64,000 bases of DNA from Frankiales bacterium (lineage in GTDB: Bacteria > Actinomycetota > Actinomycetes > Mycobacteriales > SCTD01), in contig JAOPVP010000077.1 in the NCBI GenBank assembly GCA_025966135.1, positions 3,756 to 67,755 on the forward strand. The letters are read 5' to 3'. A program made the position numbers and the translations under genes. Below are positions 45,148 through 54,270 of this stretch, one piece after another (position 1 is the first letter of the stretch; each line of letters starts with the position of its first letter). The notes beneath the pieces were generated by a model. That model was given only the letters and a program-made list of their open reading frames with translations, did not search any database and was not told where the DNA came from.

Positions 45148-45978
45148 TCAGGCGTGGAGCAGCGCGCGGAGAGCCGCGCGTTCGGAGCGATTGGCGGCGG
45201 CGGAGCGCAACGTGGGCGCCGAGCCGATGAGCAGTCGGGTGTAGACGTGCTGGGGTGCCGTGATGACGTCACGGGCGGGCCCGTTCTCGACGAGCTGGCC
45301 CTGGTACATCACGGCGATGCGGTCGGCGACGCCGGCGACGGAGCCGAGGTCGTGCGAGATGAAGACGAGGGAGACTTCCGCGCTGCGGAGCTCCTTGAGG
45401 ATCTCCAGCACGCCGACGCGGTTCGCGGAGTCGAGGGCGCTGACCGGCTCGTCGAGGATGATGAGCGCCGGCTCGGTGACGAGCGCACGGGCGACGGCCA
45501 CGCGCTGCCGCTGACCGCCCGAGAGTTCGCCGGGCAGCCGCGGGAGCAGCTCGTCGTCGAGGTGGACGCGGCTGAGCAGCGGCCGGATGCGGGCGACCGC
45601 GTCGGCGCGGCTGTCACCGCGGATGAGCAGCGGCTCGACGAGCGAGTCCTCGATCGTGGCGTCGGGGTCCAGGCTCCGCAGGGGGTCCTGGAACACGTAC
45701 TGGATGACGCCGCGGCGACGCAGCTCGCGCCACTTGCGCTGCGAGTGGCCGGTGACGTCCTCGCCGTCGATGAGGACCTGGCCGCGGGAGAACGGCACGA
45801 GTCCGAGGACCGCGCGGGCGAAGGTCGACTTGCCCGAGCCGGTCTCGCCGATGAGGCCGACGACCTCGCCACGTCCTACCTCGAGCGAGACGCCGTTGAG
45901 GGCCTGCCGGCGGCGACGGCGGGCGCCGTAGTGGACCTCGAGGTCGGTGACCGTCAGGACCGGGTTGTCAGTGCTCAT
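45148..45978 (-). CDS. ABC transporter ATP-binding protein (DppF/OppF-like)
   Basis: 'GLIGETGSGKST', 'LSGGQRQRVAVARAL' and 'IILDEPVSALD'. The internal ATG overlaps the upstream stop by 11 nt. Confidence 0.9.
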   Translation of the reverse strand: MSTDNPVLTVTDLEVHYGARRRRRQALNGVSLEVGRGEVVGLIGETGSGKSTFARAVLGLVPFSRGQVLIDGEDVTGHSQRKWRELRRRGVIQYVFQDPLRSLDPDATIEDSLVEPLLIRGDSRADAVARIRPLLSRVHLDDELLPRLPGELSGGQRQRVAVARALVTEPALIILDEPVSALDSANRVGVLEILKELRSAEVSLVFISHDLGSVAGVADRIAVMYQGQLVENGPARDVITAPQHVYTRLLIGSAPTLRSAAANRSERAALRALLHA

Positions 45979-46819
45979 CGAGGTACCTGTCCAGTCCGTA
46001 CTGCTCGTGCTCGGCGATGAGCATCCGGGTGTACTCGTGCCGCGGGTGCTGGAGGACCTCGGTGGTCGGGCCCTGCTCGACGACATGCCCCTCGCGCATC
46101 ACGAGGACCTCGTCGCAGAGCTGCGCGACGACGGCCAGGTCGTGGGAGACGACGAGCAGCGCGAGGCCGGTGCGCTCCTGCAGGTCGGCGAGCAGGTCGA
46201 GGATCTCGGCCTGCACCGTCACGTCCAGAGCCGTGGTCGCCTCGTCGGCGATCAGCACCGTCGGGTCGGCGGCGATCGCGGTCGCGATGAGGACGCGCTG
46301 GAGCATGCCGCCGGAGAGCTCGAAGGTGTACTGGTCGTAGACCAGAGCGGGGTCGCGCAGGTGCACGAGGGCAAGCAGCTCAAGGGCACGGTGGCGGGCC
46401 TGCCGACGGGATGCCCTGGTCTTCACGCGGATCACCTCGGCGATCTGCGAGCCGACCCGGATCGAGGGGTTGAGGTAGGACGCGGGGTCCTGGAAGACCG
46501 CGCTGATCGTCGCGCCACGCAGGTCCGTCCACTCCGCCGGGGTGAGCTGGGCGATGTTGCGGCCAGTGATGTCGATCTGCCCCCCGGAGACGGCGAAGTG
46601 CTCGGGGAGGATGCCCAGCGCCGCTCGGCAGGTCAGTGTCTTGCCGCTGCCGGACTCGCCGACGATGCCGACGACCTTGCCCGGGGTGAGCTGGAAGGAG
46701 ATGCCGTGCACGATCTCCCGGTCGTTGACCTGGTCGTAGATCCGCACGTCATGGACCGCGAGGACCACCTCGTCCGTGACCGGAGGGGCCACCACGCGCT
46801 GCTCGGAGAGAGTCGTCAT
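45968..46819 (-). CDS. ABC transporter ATP-binding protein (DppD/OppD-like)
   Basis: 'GIVGESGSGKTL', 'LSGGMLQRVLIATAI' and 'LIADEATTALD'. ATGA overlap with the permease stop. Confidence 0.9.
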   Translation of the reverse strand: MTTLSEQRVVAPPVTDEVVLAVHDVRIYDQVNDREIVHGISFQLTPGKVVGIVGESGSGKTLTCRAALGILPEHFAVSGGQIDITGRNIAQLTPAEWTDLRGATISAVFQDPASYLNPSIRVGSQIAEVIRVKTRASRRQARHRALELLALVHLRDPALVYDQYTFELSGGMLQRVLIATAIAADPTVLIADEATTALDVTVQAEILDLLADLQERTGLALLVVSHDLAVVAQLCDEVLVMREGHVVEQGPTTEVLQHPRHEYTRMLIAEHEQYGLDRYLDEH

Positions 46820-47700
46820 CCGGTCCTGCTTTCCACGGGGAGGAGGCGAGCGCCGTTGGCGCGGGCCTTGCGGGTGTTGACCAGTGCCCGTCCGTTCTCG
46901 CCGGAGACGTCGCGGATGGCGTCGGCGAGCAGGTTGCAGCCCCAGACGGTCGCCATGATCAGCGCGGCGGGGGCGATCGGCGCGTAGGGCTGGAAGTGCA
47001 GGTAGTTCAGGTCCGAGGCGAGCAGCCCGCCCCACGTCGGCGCCGGCGGCTGCACGCCGATTCCCAGGAAGCTCAGGCTCGAGACGACGATGAAGCCGAC
47101 CCCGATCGTCTGCGCGAGCGCCACCGCGATAGCGGGCAGGACCTTCACCCACACGTGACGACGTACGACCCAGCCGATGGAGGCACCGGAAATCAGGGCG
47201 GCTTCGACGTACTGCGACCGGGCGACCGCCAGGGTCGCGGCGCGAGACACCCTGAAGAACAAGGGCGAGACGAGGACGCCGACGACGAGCATCGCCTGCG
47301 TGATCCCGTTGCCGAGCAGGGCCGTGACAGCGACCGCGAAGACCAGGAACGGCAGGGCGATCAGGGTGTCGGCGAGGCGCAGGCTGGTCCACTCGAAGAC
47401 CCGGCCGAGGTAGACAGAGAGCAGTCCCGGGACGACCCCGACGACGAGGGCCACGAGGGCCACCTCGACCGAGCCGAGCACGCTGGTGCGCGAGCCGGCG
47501 AGCAGTCGGCTGGACACATCCCGGCCGAGGTAGTCGGTGCCGAGCCAGTGCTTCCAGGACGACCCGGCGAGGGTCGTCGTCGAGCTTGCCAGCGGGTCGT
47601 GCGGGGCGAGGTAGGGCCCCAGGACAGCGAGCAGGCCGATGAAGACGAGGATGCCGACGGCGAGCCGTCCGGTGCCCAGGGCGAAGACGCGACGGGTCAT
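46816..47700 (-). CDS. ABC transporter permease (DppC/OppC-like)
   Basis: 294 aa, six TM. 'YVEAALISGASIGWVVRRHVWVKVLP' is the EAA-loop region. Confidence 0.88.
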   Translation of the reverse strand: MTRRVFALGTGRLAVGILVFIGLLAVLGPYLAPHDPLASSTTTLAGSSWKHWLGTDYLGRDVSSRLLAGSRTSVLGSVEVALVALVVGVVPGLLSVYLGRVFEWTSLRLADTLIALPFLVFAVAVTALLGNGITQAMLVVGVLVSPLFFRVSRAATLAVARSQYVEAALISGASIGWVVRRHVWVKVLPAIAVALAQTIGVGFIVVSSLSFLGIGVQPPAPTWGGLLASDLNYLHFQPYAPIAPAALIMATVWGCNLLADAIRDVSGENGRALVNTRKARANGARLLPVESRTG

Positions 47701-47701
47701 C

Positions 47702-48730
47702 TCACACTCCTCGCTGCGAGGCCGGGGTGACCTTGCCCAGCACGATGTTGACGACGAGGTTGAAGGTCACGACCAGCACGATCGACACCACCAGGACGCC
47801 CTGCACGGACGGCACGTCGCCGGCCTGGGCGGAGTCGTTGGCGAACCGCCCGAAGCCCTGCAGACCGAAGATCCACTCGGTGACGACGGAGCCGCCGATG
47901 AGCGCCGGGAATTTCAGCCCCAGCACGGTGAGTGCCGGACCGGCACCGTTGCGCAGCACGTGCCGGAAGAAGATCCGGCGGTCGCTGAGCCCCCGTACGA
48001 CGGCCCCGGTCACGTAGTTCTCCTGGTAGGCGCCGATCAGGCCTGCCCGCAGCTGCCGGGCGACGTCAGCGACGGTGTCGAAGCTGAGCGCCAGCGCCGG
48101 CAGCAGCAGGTGCGCGAACCACGGCGAGGCGCCCGCAGCGAAGGGGACGTAGCCCGCCGAGGGGAACCAGTTCAGCCCCACCGCGAACACCCCGACCAGC
48201 ACGATCCCCACCACGAACGGCGGCATCACGGCGAACACCGTGAGGACGGCCGTGATGGTCCGGTCAATCCACGTCGTGCGTCGTACCGCGGCGAGCGTGC
48301 CGAGCCCGAAGCCGAACACGATGCCGATGACGAGCGCGAGCGTGGCCACCGACAGGCTGATGGCCAGGCCGTCCCCGATGAGCCGGGAGACGTCCGCGCC
48401 GTTGGACCAGCTGCGGCCGAGGTTGCCGTGGAGTACATCGTCGAACCAGGACCAGTACTGCGACAGGAACGGGCGGTCCAGGCCCCAGTGGTGCTCGATG
48501 CGGTGCACCGCCTCGGGCGTCGCGTCCTCCCCCAGCGTGATCCGTGCCGGGCTGAGCCCGCTGATCGACCGGAGCGCGAAGGTCACGAACGTCCCCAGCA
48601 GGAACACCGGCACGAAGATCGCGATCGAGCGCCCCAGGGTGAACGCCGTGCGGGTGACCGCCCGCCGCACCCTGATTAGTCCGAATGAGGGACGGCTCGG
48701 CGCGTAGCCGAGGGTCGCGCTGAGGGTCAT
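47702..48730 (-). CDS. ABC transporter permease (DppB/OppB-like)
   Basis: 342 aa. 'YVTGAVVRGLSDRRIFFRHVLRNGAGPALTVLG' is the EAA-loop region. ATGA overlap with the binding-protein stop. Confidence 0.88.
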   Translation of the reverse strand: MTLSATLGYAPSRPSFGLIRVRRAVTRTAFTLGRSIAIFVPVFLLGTFVTFALRSISGLSPARITLGEDATPEAVHRIEHHWGLDRPFLSQYWSWFDDVLHGNLGRSWSNGADVSRLIGDGLAISLSVATLALVIGIVFGFGLGTLAAVRRTTWIDRTITAVLTVFAVMPPFVVGIVLVGVFAVGLNWFPSAGYVPFAAGASPWFAHLLLPALALSFDTVADVARQLRAGLIGAYQENYVTGAVVRGLSDRRIFFRHVLRNGAGPALTVLGLKFPALIGGSVVTEWIFGLQGFGRFANDSAQAGDVPSVQGVLVVSIVLVVTFNLVVNIVLGKVTPASQRGV

Positions 48731-50274
48731 CCGATGGTCACCCCGGTCCAGTCGATGTGACCCGGGTTGGCGGGCAGGGCCGAGATGCTCTTGCTCTTCG
48801 CGTAGAGGTTCGGCGAGGAGTAGGTGAACACCAGCGCCGTGCTCTGCAGACCGGCGCGCGTCGCGTCCTGCAGGACCGTCGCGTAGTCAGCAGCATCGAG
48901 CGGGGTCTGCCGCACCTTCGCGATGGCCGCCTCGAAACCGGCGGGCTCGTATGGCGAGCTCAGGTTCAGCGGGCCGTGCGGGCCGAAGTGCGCGGTGAGG
49001 GTCTGGACCGCTGAGTCACGACCGGTCGTGCCGTAGAGCGAGAAGGCCAGGTCCTTGGCGAAGAACGGCGTCGCCCAGTTCTTGTCGACCTTGATGGTGA
49101 CGTTGATGCCGACCGCGCCGAGCTGCGACTGCACGATCTCCGCGTCCGGCTCGGCGGACGGGATGTCCAGCGTCAGCTTGATCTGGCCAGCCTTGAAGCC
49201 GGCCTCCGAGAGCAACTGCTTGGCCTTCGTCGGGTTGTACGGGTAGGGGTCGACGGACTTCGGGTCGTACGCGACGTAGCCGGGCGGGAATGGCTGGGCC
49301 GTCGCCTCGCCACTCCCGAACGTGAGCTTGTCCACGAACTCCTTACGGTTGACGGCGTACCGCACCGCGTCGACGACCTTCGGGTTCGTGAAGGGCGCCT
49401 TGTTGACGTTCAGGCTGATGTTGTTGGCGTTGAAGCCGGGCTGGATGAACGTCGCGAGCCCCGCCGCCTTCGCGGCCGCCTGCTGGCTGGGCGGGATGTC
49501 GGCGAAGTTGTAAACGCCGGTCTGCAGTCCGGAGACCACGGTCGCCACGTCGGGGGCCGAGACCAGCTGCACGTTGTCGATGTGGATGTTCTTGGCGTCC
49601 CAGTAGTTCGGGTTCTTCTTCAGGACCGCCTTGGTGCCGGGGATCAGCTCGGTCTCGATGAACGGACCTGCACCGACCGGCTTCTGGTCCAGCGCCGTCG
49701 GGTCGGCCGCCGCCTTGGGGCTGGCGATCTGGAGCACGCGCTCCCCGAACAGCAGCGGGATCTGGTAATCGGTCTGGGTCAGGTTCACGACGACGTCGAG
49801 GTCACCGCCCGTCGTGACGTCCTTGATCGAGGTGAGGTCTCCGAAGATGGCCGAGTCCTTCTGGTTCTTGGCGCGGTCGATGGCGAACTTGACGGCCGCA
49901 GCGTTCAGGGGCGTCCCGTCGCTGAAGGTCAGCCCGGAGCGGAGGTGGAAGGTGATGACATCGCCGGTGGTGTTGTACTTCCAGCTCTCGGCGAGGTCCG
50001 GGACGGCGTTGCCCTTCTCGTCGGTCTTGGTCAGGGCCGCATAGACGAGAGCGAGCTCGCGGAACTGCGCGCCGCTGCCGCCGACCACCGGGTCCCAGTG
50101 CTTCGGGAAGTAGGACGTGGCCCACTTCAGGGTGGAGCTTCCGCCGCTGGACGGGCTGACTGCCGCACCGCTGCCGGCGCAGCCGCTGACGAGGAGCGCC
50201 GGCACGGCGACCGAAGCCGCGAGGAGGGCGCCACGCCGGAGGCGGCTGGCGGGGAGCTGGGGTCGTGCGGACAT
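48727..50274 (-). CDS. ABC transporter family-5 substrate-binding lipoprotein (peptide/nickel/opine type)
   Basis: Signal plus lipobox 'LLVSGC'. 515 aa. 'LALVYAALTKTDEKGNAVPDLAESW...FHLRSGLTFSDGTPLNA' is typical of SBP_bac_5. Confidence 0.88.
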   Translation of the reverse strand: MSARPQLPASRLRRGALLAASVAVPALLVSGCAGSGAAVSPSSGGSSTLKWATSYFPKHWDPVVGGSGAQFRELALVYAALTKTDEKGNAVPDLAESWKYNTTGDVITFHLRSGLTFSDGTPLNAAAVKFAIDRAKNQKDSAIFGDLTSIKDVTTGGDLDVVVNLTQTDYQIPLLFGERVLQIASPKAAADPTALDQKPVGAGPFIETELIPGTKAVLKKNPNYWDAKNIHIDNVQLVSAPDVATVVSGLQTGVYNFADIPPSQQAAAKAAGLATFIQPGFNANNISLNVNKAPFTNPKVVDAVRYAVNRKEFVDKLTFGSGEATAQPFPPGYVAYDPKSVDPYPYNPTKAKQLLSEAGFKAGQIKLTLDIPSAEPDAEIVQSQLGAVGINVTIKVDKNWATPFFAKDLAFSLYGTTGRDSAVQTLTAHFGPHGPLNLSSPYEPAGFEAAIAKVRQTPLDAADYATVLQDATRAGLQSTALVFTYSSPNLYAKSKSISALPANPGHIDWTGVTIG

Positions 50275-50319
50275 GGTGGTGATCTCTTTTCAGGAAAGGG
50301 GTGTGTGGGTGAAGGAGGA

Positions 50320-51699
50320 CTAGGAGGCGAGGACGGGCTCGGACGGCAGGACGACCGCTTGATCGGGAGAGGCCGCAGCAGCGGCGGTGTGGCGGTTGGC
50401 AGGGATCGGTAGGCCGAGGTTGCCGCGCAAGGTGGTCGACTCGTACTCGCTGCGGACGACGCCGCGCTCCCGCAGGATCGGGAGCACCTGGTCGGTGAAG
50501 CGGGCGAACTCGGCGGGTGCGTTGACGCTGATGCTGATGCCGTCGAAGGCGCCGCCCTCGAACCAGCGCTGGATCTCGTTCGCCACCGTGAGGGGCGAGC
50601 CCACGAAGGGCGAGCGGTTGGCGTTCAGCTGGCGCTGCACGACCTGGCGAAGGGTCAGGTCGTTGTCGCGGGCCAGCTTGGTGATGGCGTCGGCATGCGT
50701 CCGGAAGCTGCGCTCGCCGAGACCGCTCACGTCCGGGAACGGCGCGTCCAAGTCGTACTGGCTGAAGTCGTGCCAGCCGAACGGTCGGCCGAGCTCGGCC
50801 AGCGCCTTGTCGAAGCTCTTGGCACCAAGGATCGCGGCCTCCTTGGCCTGCGCCTCCTCGTCGGTGTCGGCGAGGATCGGGTAGATGCCCGGCACGATCA
50901 GCACCTCGTCGGGGTTGCGGCCCTTCTCGGCAGCGCGACGACGGAGCTCGGTGCGGAAGGCGGCGGCCTGCTCGAGGGTCGGGGCGTGCGTGAAGATCGC
51001 GTCGGCGATGCTGGCCCCGAGGTCGCGGCCCTCGTCCGAGTCACCGGCCTGGAAGATGACCGGCTGGCCCTGCGGTGAGCGCTCGAGGTTGAGCGGTCCG
51101 ACGACCGAGAAGTGCTCGCCCCTGTGGTTGAGGGCGTGCTGCTTGCTGCGGTCGAAGAAGACGCCGGTCTCCTTGTCACGCGGGAAGGCGCCCTCCTCGT
51201 AGGAGTCCCACAGCCCCTGAGCGACGCGGACGGACTCGAGGGCCCGGCCGTAGCGCGTCGGGTAGTCGAAGTGCTCGTCGCGGCTGTAGTTGCCGGCCGT
51301 GCCCGCGTCCCCGCTGGTGACGACGTTCCACCCGGCGCGGCCGCCGCTGATGTGGTCGAGCGAGTAGAGGCGGCGGGCCAGGTTGAACGGCTCGTTGTAC
51401 GACGTGGTCAGCGTGCCGACCAGACCGATGTTCGTGGTGTGCACGGCGATCGCCGACAGGAGCGTCAGCGGCTCGAGGCGGCTGAGGTAGTGGTTCGGCG
51501 AGTCCGGGGTGATGAACTGGCTGTCGACGATGAAGACGAGGTCGAACTTCGCCGCCTCGGCCTCCTTGGCACGGGCGATGTACCACTGCACGTCGACGCT
51601 GGCGTCGGCGGAGACGTCGGGGCTGAGCCAGGTGTTGTGCTGACCCGGGCCACCGACTCCGAGGAGGATGGCGCCGAGCTTGAGGGTGCGGCCAGACAT
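50320..51699 (-). CDS. LLM-class flavin-dependent monooxygenase, NtaA/SnaA/DszA family (copy 2)
   Basis: 459 aa from the ATG at 51699. Collinear paralog of 43758..45104 ('FDLVFIVDSQF...LEPLTLLSAIA...LDHISGGRAGWNVVTS'). Confidence 0.85.
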   Translation of the reverse strand: MSGRTLKLGAILLGVGGPGQHNTWLSPDVSADASVDVQWYIARAKEAEAAKFDLVFIVDSQFITPDSPNHYLSRLEPLTLLSAIAVHTTNIGLVGTLTTSYNEPFNLARRLYSLDHISGGRAGWNVVTSGDAGTAGNYSRDEHFDYPTRYGRALESVRVAQGLWDSYEEGAFPRDKETGVFFDRSKQHALNHRGEHFSVVGPLNLERSPQGQPVIFQAGDSDEGRDLGASIADAIFTHAPTLEQAAAFRTELRRRAAEKGRNPDEVLIVPGIYPILADTDEEAQAKEAAILGAKSFDKALAELGRPFGWHDFSQYDLDAPFPDVSGLGERSFRTHADAITKLARDNDLTLRQVVQRQLNANRSPFVGSPLTVANEIQRWFEGGAFDGISISVNAPAEFARFTDQVLPILRERGVVRSEYESTTLRGNLGLPIPANRHTAAAAASPDQAVVLPSEPVLAS

Positions 51700-52009
51700 G
51701 GGAGAGCCTTTCGGGGCGAGGGGAACACGGCGCATCCAGCGGATGCCGACGGGTCCGCGGCGTGCGGAACCGGCGCTGAAGTGCTGAGGGCGCGGCAGCA
51801 GCCGCGCATCGCGCTACAGGGACGTCTGCGTCAACGACACAGCGAGGAGCCCTGGCGGGCGTAGTCGAGCCAGCGACAGCACGTGAGCATCACGTAGGTG
51901 GGCCGACTCATGTCCATGAGGTTGCTGGACCCCGCCCAGGAAGTCCAACGACGCTTCGTGATGGGGGGTCATCACCAAGCCTGATCAATTACCTAGTAAG
52001 TTGGTAGGC

Positions 52010-52921
52010 ATGAACAGGACCCTGGACATCGGACCGCTGCGCAGCTTCGTCGCCGTGGCCGACTGCGGCGGCTTCCAGCGCGCAGCGGGGTCGCTGCACC
52101 TGAGCCAGGGCGCGATCAGCCAGCACGTACGCCGGCTCGAGGCCGCCGTCGGCCGACCCCTGGTCGTGCGGCACGGCCGCGGCTCCCGCTTCACCCCTGA
52201 CGGCGAGCAGCTGCTGGCGCAGGCCCGGCTCATCCTGGACCTCCACGACGTGACCCTCCTCGCCTTCGACGTCGACACCGAGCAGACCCTCGTCATCGGG
52301 TCGACCGAGCACGCAGCAGCACAGCTGCTCCCCCACCTGTCGTCCGCCCTCGAGGACGAGCTGCCCGGCTACCGCGCGCGCTTCCGCGTCGACCGCGGGT
52401 CGCAGCTGCGCGAGGGCCTAGCCGCTGGACGCATCGACCTCGCTCTGCTGCTCGGAGCGACCGAGGACCCGCACGCGGTGCAGGTCGGCGAGCTCGAGCT
52501 GACCTGGTACGCCGCTCCTTCCTGGACGCCTCCGATCTCCGGACCGATGCCTGTCGTGGCCTTCGACGACCCGTGCGTCTTGCGTACGAGGGCTCTAGAA
52601 ACCCTTGCGCAGCAAGGGATCCCAGCCGAGATCAGCGCTGAAGCAACGCAGCTCGCCGGAGTCCAGGCTGGCGTCGGGGCAGGTCTCGGCGTCGCGCTCA
52701 TGGCTACGCTCGGCCAGCCCCCGGAAGGACTGGTGGCACGCCACGACCTGCCCGCGCCTCGGCCGTTGCCGCTTGCGGTGTGGTCCAGGCACGGTCTGAG
52801 CGCCGGCCTCACGAGCTCCGTCGCCGACGCCGTCCGGCAGCTGCTGAACCCGTCCCACGAGGTGTCCACCCTCCACCCGCTCGTCCCGACCCAGCCGACC
52901 GCTTTCGCGCGGGGTGCCTGA
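52010..52921 (+). CDS. LysR-family transcriptional regulator
   Basis: 'LRSFVAVADCGGFQRAAGSLHLSQGAISQHVRRLEAAVGRPLV' is the LysR HTH. Divergent from the ten-gene operon. Confidence 0.9.
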   Translation: MNRTLDIGPLRSFVAVADCGGFQRAAGSLHLSQGAISQHVRRLEAAVGRPLVVRHGRGSRFTPDGEQLLAQARLILDLHDVTLLAFDVDTEQTLVIGSTEHAAAQLLPHLSSALEDELPGYRARFRVDRGSQLREGLAAGRIDLALLLGATEDPHAVQVGELELTWYAAPSWTPPISGPMPVVAFDDPCVLRTRALETLAQQGIPAEISAEATQLAGVQAGVGAGLGVALMATLGQPPEGLVARHDLPAPRPLPLAVWSRHGLSAGLTSSVADAVRQLLNPSHEVSTLHPLVPTQPTAFARGA

Positions 52922-53466
52922 TGCCCGCTCTCCACGTCCCTGACGGCTCGAGCCCTGACGACCTGGTCCGCACACCCAGTGGCGTCCTGCTGCCGACCGC
53001 CATCGACCCGTTCCACCGTCGGCTCCACCACGTGGCGCCGGCCGCGTTGATCGGCCAAACCGCGCAGACCAGCGGCATGCAGCGTCGCGAGGCCATCAGC
53101 GGCAAGACGGTCGGCGCGCAGCACCTCTGGATGGGGCAGACGCACGTCCCCGCCTCGACCAGTTCGGGGAACCACCACCACGGCGCTTCGGAGACCGCAA
53201 TCTACGTGGTCAGCGGGACGCCGGTGTTCGTGTTCGTTGACCTTGAAGGCGAGGAGCCCGTCGAGACGCGGGTCCAGACAGCACCGGGTGACTACGTCTT
53301 CGTCCCCCCGTTCGTCCCGCACCGCGAGGAGAACCCCGACCCGGTCGTCGAAGCGATCGTCGTCATAGCCCGAACCACGCAGGAGTCCATCGTCGTGAAC
53401 CTCGACCACCTCGACTGGGCCGAGATCTGGAGCAGTGGCGGGAACGCGCCCGGGGCCGCCACCTGA
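52921..53466 (+). CDS. cupin-domain protein
   Basis: 'GNHHHGASETAIYVVSG...GDYVFVPPFVPHRE' are cupin motifs 1 and 2. The ATG overlaps the LysR stop (TGATG). Confidence 0.7.
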   Translation: MPALHVPDGSSPDDLVRTPSGVLLPTAIDPFHRRLHHVAPAALIGQTAQTSGMQRREAISGKTVGAQHLWMGQTHVPASTSSGNHHHGASETAIYVVSGTPVFVFVDLEGEEPVETRVQTAPGDYVFVPPFVPHREENPDPVVEAIVVIARTTQESIVVNLDHLDWAEIWSSGGNAPGAAT

Positions 53467-53585
53467 GCGAGCGCTGTCCGGAGGGGGGCTAGGGCGGCCG
53501 GTCGATTTTCGTGATGGCCGTCTGGCTGGTCATCGGCAGCGTCTTCGAGGTGCGCAAGTTCACTGGGAATCGAGAAGTCCGTGGG

Positions 53586-54209
53586 TCACGCGGCGAGGGC
53601 GAGGTCGATCATCGCCGCAGCCGCCGACCGCGCCGACCGGGCAGCCGATTGGTTATGGTCGAGCCGGGCCGACACGGTCGCGCCGTCGTAGAGCAGGACC
53701 AGTTGCTGGGCCAGTACCTCGGGCTGGCCGACCCGGGCCTCGCGCGCCAGGTCGGTGAACAGACCTCGGATCCACGCCCGGATGCTCTCGCACACGGTCT
53801 CGACCACGTCGCCCGGCTTGGCCTCAGCGCTGGCGTTCATGAACGCACAGCCGCGGAAACCCGGCTCGGCGAACACCTCGTCGAGCATGTCGAAGACGCC
53901 AAGCATCCGGTCCCGTGGGTTGTCGTACTCCGCGAGCGTGCGAGTGATCCGAGCCTGCTGGGCGTCTCGCCGGGCGGAGAGGTAGGAGCGGACCAACTCG
54001 TCCTTGCTGCCGAACGTGTTGTACAGCGAAGCCTTGGCCACGCCGGCCCGCTTGATCACCCGGTCGATGCCGACCGTGTGCACGCCTTCGCTGTAGAACA
54101 GCTCGTTGGCCGCGGCCAGCAGCCGCTCGCGGGCCGAGCCTTGATCCAGGGTCTTCCTTCCGGGCGCCGGCATGGGTTGACAGTACCAGACAGGTCTGTC
54201 TACCGTCAT
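53586..54209 (-). CDS. TetR-family transcriptional regulator
   Basis: 'RERLLAAANELFYSEGVHTVGIDRVIKRAGVAKASLYNTFGSKDELV' is the TetR HTH. The alternative start ATG at 54173 would place both operators upstream. Confidence 0.88.
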   Translation of the reverse strand: MTVDRPVWYCQPMPAPGRKTLDQGSARERLLAAANELFYSEGVHTVGIDRVIKRAGVAKASLYNTFGSKDELVRSYLSARRDAQQARITRTLAEYDNPRDRMLGVFDMLDEVFAEPGFRGCAFMNASAEAKPGDVVETVCESIRAWIRGLFTDLAREARVGQPEVLAQQLVLLYDGATVSARLDHNQSAARSARSAAAAMIDLALAA

Positions 54210-54228
54210 GGGCCAGACAGACCTGTCT
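54188..54228. promoter_or_regulatory. twin 14-bp palindromic operators AGACAG-NN-CTGTCT (likely TetR sites)
   Basis: AGACAGGTCTGTCT (54188-54201) and AGACAGACCTGTCT (54215-54228), both flanked by CC..AC, centres 27 bp apart. They lie in the tetR/MFS divergent region. Confidence 0.55.
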
Positions 54229-54270
54229 ACTCAACGGGAGGGCACGCCGAATGACCGAGGGAAGCAGGCG

